Source: an uncultured Hormoscilla sp. (GTDB lineage: Bacteria; Cyanobacteriota; Cyanobacteriia; Cyanobacteriales; Desertifilaceae). From it: DNA of 64,000 nt. Position numbers and translations under genes: made by a program. Shown piece by piece: positions 55,397 through 64,000 of the stretch. Within the stretch, counting starts at the first letter, position 1, and each line of letters starts with the position of its first letter. The notes under the pieces are model-generated. The model was given only the letters and a program-made list of their open reading frames with translations. It had not been told where the DNA came from and ran no database searches. The DNA lies in NCBI GenBank assembly GCA_963921275.4, contig OZ001293.3, positions 3,104,001-3,168,000 of the forward strand, given 5' to 3'.

Positions 55397-56540
55397 AGCT
55401 TAAAGTTATTTTAATGCGTTTAGCCAGTATCTCAGATAAGGTAACTGGAACGGCATTTCCTAGCTGACGCATTGCCTCCGTCCAAGCAACTGGAAACCGA
55501 TAGGAGTCGGGAAATGTTTGCAGTCTCGCAGCCTCGCGGACTGTAAAATACCGGACACTGCCATCAGTTAATCGCATCATGTTTTCTCCTCCTGGTACTC
55601 CGTGAACCCCTGCTTTCAAGGTTTTAGCTGGTTCGTCCAGGGGACTGCCTGTATGACCGGGATACTGTCTCGCACCGGGAACGAAATTATGATTTCCGAT
55701 ATCTTTAGCTTCCTCTTGCCTGGGGTCTGGTAAGTTGTCAATAGCGTCGCGGACTGTCAACCATCGCTGGCGATCGGGCGGGAATAATCTAGACTGTAAT
55801 TTTCGCTGCTGGGAGACTAGCTGAGGCGGTATTTCGGGAGGCGAGAGCGAGAACTGTTCCCAGTATTCTCTCGTTACCCACTGTGAATGCAATAGCGCTT
55901 CTTGGGAATGGGTTGGCTGAGGAAATGACCATTCTTGCTTCAGATCGGAACGGATCCCAATAATAAAAACCCGATCGCGCCTCTGGGGTACTCCGTAGTC
56001 AGCAGCGTTTAGCAGGCGGAAGGTGACATTATAGAAAAGACCGTCTTGCAAACCTTTTCTGTCATACTGCTTCAGGCGTAAGGCATGTTCGTTCCAGTGT
56101 TCTGAAGGGCGAATATGGATTTCTGGATAAGTCAGTTGCCAGATGAGGTACTGAAAATATTCAGCAAAGGATTTGCGTAGCAAACCTTTAACATTTTCTA
56201 CTAATAAAGCTTGCGGTTTTAACGAACGCACGGCGCGGATAAATTGGGGAAACATATCTCTTTTATCCTGGAAACTGCGATGAAGACCGCCATTAGAAAA
56301 TGGCTGACAGGGTGGTCCTCCAGCTAACAGAGCAATGTCATCAGTTATTGATGAAAAGTTAAACTGCGCGACATCGCACCTGGCGACTGCCATCTGCTCT
56401 CCAAACAGATCGTGCTTATTTTGAAGTAAGGTTTGGCAAGCTCGATCATTCCATTAAACTGCAAGTTTATGCTGAAAACCAGATCTATAAATTCCTAATG
56501 TTAAGCCTCCTGCACCTGCAAAAATATCAACTGATTTCAT
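55359..56540 (-). pseudogene. C5-cytosine DNA methyltransferase with a nonsense codon at 56454
   Basis: MKSVDIFAGAGG (motif I), AV*WN, GGPPCQPFS, ENVKG, QRRDR, RQLGNAVP. Confidence 0.9.
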
Positions 56541-56625
56541 TGTTACTTTTTTCATTCATTATATCTCAATTATAACCTGTAAATTATAACCGCTCTGGCT
56601 GACAGCGAAGAGAGAAAGCAATTCC

Positions 56626-58790
56626 TTAGCTGCCATCTCCAATCAGAATAAACGGGGACCAAGACGAATGATGCTGGTACTTGTAAATCTGGGCAAGCTT
56701 CGCCTTTTGCAGCGCTTCCGCTTTGCTCATCTTCCAATCTTTCAGATTCTTGTAAAACTCCAGCATCATTTCCTTGGTGCTTTCGTCCTCCGCATTCCAG
56801 AGACTCGCCATCACCGCACCCGCACCCGCCCGTTCAAATAGATAGGCTAGTCCCGCTATTTCTTCCCCGTTGGAGTCCGCTTCCATTGCGGTTTGACAGG
56901 CGCTGAGGGCGATTAAGTCAACGTTTTCTAGTCCCAGTAGCGCCGCCCCCTAATGTTGAGTTTTCGATCGGCAAATAGCAAGCTATTCTCTTCCATCCGC
57001 AATTTGGGACAACCGCCCTTTTGAAAACAGCCGTGAGTCGCCAGATGCAGTAACTGAGACTGAGGTGCTTCCAGCTTGAAGGCTGACAGGGTGGCGTTTC
57101 GATGTCTCCGGAGTAGTGCGAGTTCGGTGTCCACCGGGTAGTGCGAATACGATGTCTCCCGGGTAGTGCGGTTACGATGTCTCTTGGGTAGTGCGACTAG
57201 CGCTCCCAAGAGACATCGAGCGACCAGGAGACATCGAGCGATAGGGGACACCGAAAGCTCTCCGGAGACATCGTTGCCGAGAAGCAATTTTTCGGCCATG
57301 ATTTCATTAATTTTTCTGGCTTCTTCCTCAGCCCCTGGCAGATGTTGCGGGTGCATCTCACTTTTGCATCTGTGACTCATCATAGATAAATATCTATGAT
57401 GAGTCTTCGATATTTATCTAATAAAAACTTGCAGTCTTTTGGATATTTATACATTATCTATGATAGATTGAAGTCATTTTCTTGCTGCTATGAACCCAGA
57501 ACAACTTTTTGATATGGAGGAATTTGAAATTGACGAATGTATAGACAAAAAAAAATTTGGCTCTACTGGTAAAAATTTTCCAAGGAAAATTTTTAAGATT
57601 TAGAAATTGAACGATTTTCTGCTCGAAAGAGTGGGTTCAGAACTCACAAATTATTGAATACGGGAATAAAAACAGGAAAAAAACGTCAATTGACAACAGG
57701 GAAAGATATCAATCACCAATCGACAAGCTAATTATTTTGAAGTCTCATGTGAAATCCAGTCCCAAAATGGAGAAAAATGCTATGTTAATTTGTGCGAATG
57801 AATCTTATCAAAAGATGATTTAGCAGAGCTCACGGGAATAAAAATTAGTCATAGTACATTACATAGATTAGTTCAAAGGCAGGATGTTGCCAACATCAGT
57901 ATTGGGAGTGAAAGAAGTCGCATGGAGGAAAAGCAAGGATTAGAACAGAAGAAAAAGGACAAGCTTGTGAATGGAAAGATTATAAAGCAGTCAGTGGGAT
58001 ATATTGCGGAGCATTTTTTCAAGCCAACTGGGTAAATTGTCAAAAACTTTTGGCTCCATTTTATTGTCTAGGAGATGGACATGCAGGAATTTGGAAATTA
58101 TTTAAACAGATAGGCGAACCAGGCAAGAGAAGAGAAATATTAGATTGGTATCATCTCAAGGAAAATCTTCATAAAGTAGGAGGCTACGAGGATAAAAAAA
58201 GCTAAAAATCTCCTCTGGTCGGGAAAAGTTGATGAAACAATACTATTATTCAATCGGATCAAAAAGAAACTCATAATTTATGTAATTATTTAGAAAAACA
58301 TCGTTCTCGAATAATTGATTATCAGTATTATCAGTTAGAATCAGTGAGTTCTATCGGTTCTGGTTCAATAGAATCAGTGATTAAACGTATTGGAACACGG
58401 ATAAAAATTTCAGGGGCTCAATGGAATATATCCAACCTTCTCCAAATACTTTCTTGACGTTGTGCTTATATAAATGGGGCCCTTTCTACATGATGTTTTT
58501 GCAAAAGTAAGATGCATCCTTGGCAAAAGCCAATAAATTTTATCATAGATAAAAGTCTATGATAGGTCACAGATGCAAAAGTGAGATGCACCCGATGTTG
58601 CGATCCTGAAGGAACGGGATTTCCTAAGGCTAAGACTCTCGCGGGCGAGGACGCCTGTCTGAGGTCGGGTTTCTCCCTGGCGGAAATGCGGGTGCGATAG
58701 GAAATGGGATATTTCTCGATCGGGTATTGCTCCGTTTCGCTGTCGTACAGGGTTTCAAAGCATCGACTACCGCACGGATTTCTATTCCCT
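56626..58790 (-). pseudogene. CHAT-domain protein C-terminus disrupted by ISKra4, repeats and frameshifts
   Basis: LALGNP, LPGAEEE, LHLATHG, LSACQTA, ASLW, WSPFILIG. Confidence 0.8.
57349..58593 (+). mobile_element. ISKra4-family element, degraded
   Basis: TIR GGGTGCATCTCACTTTTGCA at both ends; 8-bp TSD GATGTTGC; CLGDGHAGIW, EILDWYHL, IGSG.IES..K, GAQW fragments. Confidence 0.88.
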
Positions 58791-58794
58791 GGGA

Positions 58795-59398
58795 GTGACG
58801 TTTTTTGAACTCCTGACCGGACAATTGCCCTTTTCAAGCCAGGATCCAATGGAGTTAGTGCATTGTCACATTGCCCAGGGGGTGCAGTTTCCAGCAGACA
58901 GTCAAGTGGACGAGGTGGTGCAAGGGATTGTACTCAAGTTGATGGCGAAAAATGCCTCAGACCGCTATCAAAGTGCCTTGGGTTTGAAGCACGATCTAGA
59001 GCGATGTCTGCAACAGTTGGAAAGCACTGTGCAAATTACCCCATTTTCCCTTGGCCAGCGGGATATGTGCTCACGCTTTATCATTCCCGAAAAACTCTAC
59101 GGACGGGAAGCAGAAGTTCAAACCTTACTAGATGCCTTCGAGCCCGTGGCGAATGGGGCAAGGTCAATGATGCTAGTAGCAGGATTTTCCGGAATTGGCA
59201 AAACTGCTGTAGTCTCAGAGGTGCATAAGCCGATCGTGCGCCAGCGGGGCTACTTCATCAAAGGCAAGTTCGACCAGTTAAATCGCAACATTCCCTTTAG
59301 TGCGTTCATCCAAGCCTTCCGCAGTTTGATGGGTCAATTGCTCGGCTCATCCGATGCAGAACTCGCGAATTGGAAGACCAAAATCATGGAAGCGCTAG
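58795..59398 (+). pseudogene. Fragment of Ser/Thr kinase - AAA ATPase sensor
   Basis: ELLTGQLPF, KLMAKNA.DRYQSA, KLYGRE, AGFSGIGKT, GKFDQ; cut by IS TIR. Confidence 0.85.
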
Positions 59399-61307
59399 AG
59401 CGTCGGTCCAGTAGAAGTAGTTGACAAATCAATCAAAATCTGGTCTGACTCAACCAAGTCTTAAATTTTCTGCAGTTTGCTCTTGAGTTGTTACTGGCAT
59501 CCTAGCAAAAACATGAAGATTATGTACAACAGCCAGGCGCCGTAGAGCCAAGAGATTCGTGATGTATCCAAGATAACGCGCGCGCTCGCCCTGCCACTGA
59601 CCGATGTGAGCTTCGATATCCCCCAGAAGGGACGCCCATGGCTGCGCCACGCTACGCGATAGTCGCACTACCCCAGAGATATCGAGGCTATGTTCTACCG
59701 TTACTCGCTCTCGTAGTTTTGAACGACCATTAGGTGTTTTTTGACCTTCCAGTATCACTTGACATGGGTGATAATATAATAGATCACGCTATGTCAAGTG
59801 ATACTGCCACGTAATTCTTGCAATAGAGACTCATCGGGATGAAGAGAAACTGTGCGACCTTTGCTGTTAGTAGTGCATTGAGAACGTCAGGGACAAATCT
59901 CACACTTGTCGCGAGGAAACTGAACCCTTTTTCCTTCCTCAAAAGTTACAGCTACTCCATTAGGACAGCGAATTAATTGTTTTTCCCAGTCGATAACGAA
60001 AGCTGTTCGATCAAAAAACTCACCGTTGCGTACCCGCCAAGCCTTGCCAATTATTGTTAAATCATCGTCGCGTTCTTTAACAAAATGACTGTTAAGATAT
60101 CCTCGAGCTATATGGAATTCTTCTAATGTTACTTGTTGGGCTTCTAAATCAGAAGCGCTCGCTTCTGTAACACTTGATTCAGGAATATTGGCTGGTGTCA
60201 CACCCACTGCTCGCACTAAGCCTGAGTCTAAATCCTTAATAATATGACGTTTGTAACGATCAAACCTTTGACTACGGCTTTTTCGTCCATGACGCATTTG
60301 TAAGTCTTCAATTGCAATGCGCCGCTCTTTAGCTACGCCCTTACGAAGCTTTGGGTCGCCTTCTTCTGTAACCTCCACATCTTGCGCTTCAACTTATCTT
60401 GCTGCTTCCAGACTTTTGTTGACAGCAATCATAGTTGGGTCATCCAAGTTATCTTGTTGTTCAACCCACGATTCAACTTGAGCAAGTAATTGAAGAATCG
60501 TTGTTAAAGCTTCTGTTCTTGCTTGTGGATCATTCCAATCCTTATCTAAAGCTGCTTTGAGACTTAACCCAGTCATAATAGAAGCTCCTAATTGTGAGGC
60601 GATCGTCTCATACTCTTGCTGCTGTTGACGAGCAATTAATTCTAATGCTTTTCGCAGTGACTCAATAGGTTGTAAGTATCTTCGACTCTTGCTGCTCCCC
60701 ACAAAGGACTTGAATCTTGTTGCTCTCAAGGTTCGCGAACTGAATCCCCCTTTTTGCTCGACCATTTCTATTGTGCGTTCCAATAAACGGCGATCGCCTT
60801 TGGATGCAATCAAAGCAGCACGAAATCTGACAAGTGTTCCTTTGCCAAAAGGTGCGCGATCGCAGTCTATGCAATTCTTAACCAATTGCCACCATCTGTC
60901 CAGGCTCAGAGCTTCTATGAGCTCATCATCTGAAATCCCAGTGTAAGCCTGTAAAATGATAGCTAATGCTAGTTGAGCTGGCTGTGTCCCTCGGGTAGTG
61001 CGAGTAGCGCTCTCGGGGGACACAGTGGAACTGGACATAAACCAACTGTGCTGTCTTTATATATAGTTGCTAGTTCACGCATGAAATTGCTCTGAAAATA
61101 ATTCATGACGTATCTCTCTTAAAATTATGAATAGTTTAGCTTTTCGTATCCGATTGGCCACTTGCTGTTCAGCGTCAGAAAGTTCAATTGGGGGATTCCA
61201 GAGGACTGGACGCATATGTGTACTCCTGCTTACATATTTAGATATTTTTCTAGTATATACACATTTTCGTTTTTTTGTCAACCCCCTCTACTGGACTGAC
61301 GCTCTAG
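59395..61307 (-). mobile_element. IS1182-like element, degraded
   Basis: TIRs CTAGAGCGTCRGTCCAGTAGA; fragments MRHGRKS..., LRERVTVEHSL, LRR.AVVHNLH. Confidence 0.82.
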
Positions 61308-61495
61308 GGCAAGATCGCGTAATCTTTACTCACGACGCTGATTTTTTGAGGCTGCATCAACAAGGAGTTGCACATGCAGGTATTGTTTATTCTCGTCCAG
61401 GTCGTCGTTCAATTGGAGAAATTTTACGTACTCTCATCCGGATCTGGGAGTCCCAAACACCATCTTCTATGTACCGACATGTTGAGTTTATTTAG
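61308..61495 (+). pseudogene. DUF5615 PIN-like C-terminal fragment
   Basis: RVIFTHDADFL.LH...HAGIVY. Confidence 0.7.
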
Positions 61496-61657
61496 GATCG
61501 CCTTCTCCCTCGCGCCTCCTTCGCACCGGAACAGAGATCGCCAGATCGGGTGCCGCCCGTGCAGCCCGATCGCCCCCCTGACAGCTATAGGTTATTGACA
61601 ATTGACAAGTGACCCAGAAACCCGGTACGCGCTCGAGTTACCGAGTTCCTTAGTCCA

Positions 61658-62021
61658 TCAACCCGAGCGCAGTCCCACGCGACCTAGTTCCACAATTACT
61701 AGCTTACCTGGAATCTGTTCGACAATCTCCTTTTGTTCGATAAACATCGATAACAATTCCAAAATTACCGCTGCAGATGCATTTCCCGCTATTGCTAGAA
61801 CTACTATTCCTGCATACTCTGCGGGAGGATAGTTGCGAATGTCAGCAAAATCAAAATCTCCTGTGAGAATACTCCACCCACCAGCACGAGCATATTCGGC
61901 AATTTGGATGTCTTCCGCTCCTCTTAAGCCAACCCATGCGGACATCAATAGCTTCATGGGAATACTGTCTTAATAAGTTAGCTGTGGAACGAGGCAGATC
62001 CTCATCAATCAAAAATCTCAC
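61658..62021 (-). pseudogene. DUF5615 PIN-like toxin, frameshifted
   Basis: MRFLIDEDLP..., GLRGAED, LTGDFDF. Confidence 0.75.
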
Positions 62022-62023
62022 AG

Positions 62024-62258
62024 TTATCCTCCTACGGCTACCAGAGGATAAACTTTTTCTTTCTCAATCAATTCCGCTGCTAATCTTTGAGCTGCGAAAA
62101 TATCTTCTTCGGTCACTTCATATTCCATGCACACTTCCTATGCAAGTCATTCCTGCTGCCAACCCACCTACTATGCGGGTTATGGGAATTCTGGTTCCCC
62201 TAATTATTGGCTTGCCTGGGTGGATTTTTGGATCTATTATTATGCGCTGCTCATTCAT
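62024..62258 (-). pseudogene. DUF433 antitoxin, frameshifted
   Basis: RIIIDPKIHPGKPIIRGTRIP...EY.VTEEDI. Confidence 0.75.
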
Positions 62259-62685
62259 CTACTCTTATCTCCCATAGTTGTTACTGCGCAACTCGATCGA
62301 CTACTCTGACTTGACCAAACGTTTTATCGCTGATATTTCTACTGTACCACTTTTTTGCCTGATCGCACCCCCTCACCCCTCCGATCGCGCCTCCGGACAC
62401 CGGTAGGGGCACGGCATCAGAAATTGTCGGTTGATTGCAAATTTTCCTGTCGCCGTGCCCCGGCTGTTTATTCCCGATCGCATCCCCATGAAAGCCCGAT
62501 CTCATTTTCCCGGTGTACGGCCTATTTGACATTTTCATCTCCACCGAAACCTCTGGTATGCCGTACACATACAACCGGTATTCTATTCTATTTTATTTTT
62601 TGATGCGATCGCCCCTTTCCCCGTTCCCGTAGCGAAGCCTGTGCCGCCCCCCGACGGGGCGATCGCACCTGTTCATGAGACTAAT

Positions 62686-62916
62686 TCAACTTGCAAGATT
62701 TAATATCTTTGCTTGCGCTGATTCAAGAATTACATCTCTAATAAAAGAACTTGCCTGAATAATCTCGATTCCGATTAATTCTCCTGCTTCATTTAATTCG
62801 GCAGTTATATTGGGCATAATTTCTACTGTCCCTGCTTCTGGTTCGTCAGAAAGATTGATATGCAGGATGTCTTCTTTCTCGAAGTATCTCATTTTCGCAT
62901 TATTCATTTTATTCAT
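62686..62916 (-). CDS. DUF2283 protein
   Basis: YFEKEDILHI, ELNEAGELIGIEI. Confidence 0.8.
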   Translation of the reverse strand: MNKMNNAKMRYFEKEDILHINLSDEPEAGTVEIMPNITAELNEAGELIGIEIIQASSFIRDVILESAQAKILNLAS

Positions 62917-63030
62917 TTATCGTAAACCTCCCGGTTTTTACACGAAATCGTATTTGTTGGCGGGTTGTACCATGAATAGTTACAGGTATAATTTCTTTGT
63001 CGTCGATATCATAAGGAATTATAACTAATA
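62909..63030 (-). pseudogene. 3' fragment of a DUF4258-like toxin
   Basis: IIPYD....IIPVTIH..TRQQIRFR..TGRF*, overlapping the DUF2283 start. Confidence 0.55.
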
Positions 63031-63039
63031 TATTGTCAT

Positions 63040-63745
63040 GTTTGCCAACGGCGATCTCCCTACCTGTAACGCACCCACATATACGAATCCGCCACCAGCA
63101 GCGATGTGCAAGCGCCCAAAGGTCGGACGATTTTCTATCACCAGTGTATCGACCGCTTCCGTCAGTCTCTCACTCAACTGAATTTTATTGATAGTCTGGG
63201 GAGAAGTCCCTGAGCGAGAAATCGTGTATAGGAAGTTATCTGCGATCGCCATGTCATCAATGTTGTCACCAGAATATTGACGCTGAGTGATAATTTCACC
63301 TGTTAGCAAATCAACGATAACTATCTCATCGCTAGAGGCTACATAAGCCAAACCATCATTCGCTTCTAGATAGTTTGCAGCTATATTTACTGTCTGGGTT
63401 GGTGTTGGGAGCATCGGGTCAGACACATCCACCAACTGCAACCAGCCACTATTGCTAGCTATAGCAGCAATTAGCAAGTTAGCATCAACTGCCACATCTG
63501 TCGCATCACCCGATAAATCAAGTTGACCGAGGACAATGGGGTTATCGAACTGGGAAGCATCTACGATAGCTAGTCCGTGAGAACCTGTAGCAACGTAGGC
63601 AGTTTGTTCCTCGGCGTTGAGAGTTGAGCCTTTGACGATAACTTCCCTTGCTTCACCCTCTAGAGGCAAACTGGAGATAATACCTGTTGGGAAGGCATGA
63701 CCTCCTAACGGGTCAAGTCCTTGCTGAATTTCTGCTAGATCATCG
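63040..63745 (-). pseudogene. Fragment of a large LVIVD-repeat surface protein
   Basis: AYVATGSHGLAIVD, LQLVDVSDP, AYVA..IVIVD repeats; no proper start. Confidence 0.65.
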
Positions 63746-63888
63746 ATTGACTTGCGCTTTAAGGCATTATTGGTGTCATACCGTTACCATCGTGCAGCAC
63801 TTCCCAAGGCAAGTGAGCGAGTTTTTCCGCTGCGGATATGGCTAATATACTTTGAAATCGATTGACTTGCGCTTTAAGGCATTATTGG

Positions 63889-64000
63889 TGTCATTGCGAG
63901 GGGGGCTCTTCTTCGCAGTAACTTCGTCAGCACAACAGGAAGACCCCCCGAAGCAATCTCCCACCCCGCAGGACCGCCGGAGATTGCTTCGGGGGGAGTT
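63889..64000. repeat. GTCATTGCGAG...GAAGCAATC...GAGATTGCTTCG palindromic repeat (other pieces ~2483, ~7643-7713, ~27766, ~28131)
   Basis: Recurrent conserved motifs. Confidence 0.7.

Noticed and set aside
63742..63894. 38-bp direct repeat atcgattgacttgcgctttaaggcattattggtgtcat
   Set aside because: Only two copies, around a decayed coding fragment at the window edge; cannot be interpreted

Overview
Chromosomal window from a cyanobacterium (abundant HIP1 GCGATCGC, ccmK3/ccmK4, mgdE, CAAD-domain gene) in active decay. Intact housekeeping genes (aroA, ldhA, an ABC-2 exporter, ctaA/ctaB, infC, ilvN, ccmK3/K4, comB-like, mgdE) are interspersed with more than 20 frameshifted, nonsense or truncated genes. 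Mobile DNA includes IS elements of about seven families (IS1, IS5, IS630, IS982, ISKra4, IS1182-like, IS4/IS701-like), MITEs, two group II introns and several families of very small palindromic repeats. The most notable accessory loci are: (i) a two-gene NYN-RNase/Hsp70/helical-repeat fusion plus repeat-domain/GrpE-like operon behind a 4x TGAC-N9-GTCA palindrome array (15.7-20.8 kb); (ii) an orphan DrmE-like gene followed by a non-coding array of six ~84-bp units with conserved cores and variable segments (39.9-43.1 kb); (iii) a coupled HNH-SF2 helicase + HTH cassette inside a duplicated PIN/DUF433 TA cluster; (iv) an Eco29kI-like R-M system with both genes inactivated and an ORF-less group II intron inserted antisense. 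Family assignments come from motif recognition by eye, not database searches.
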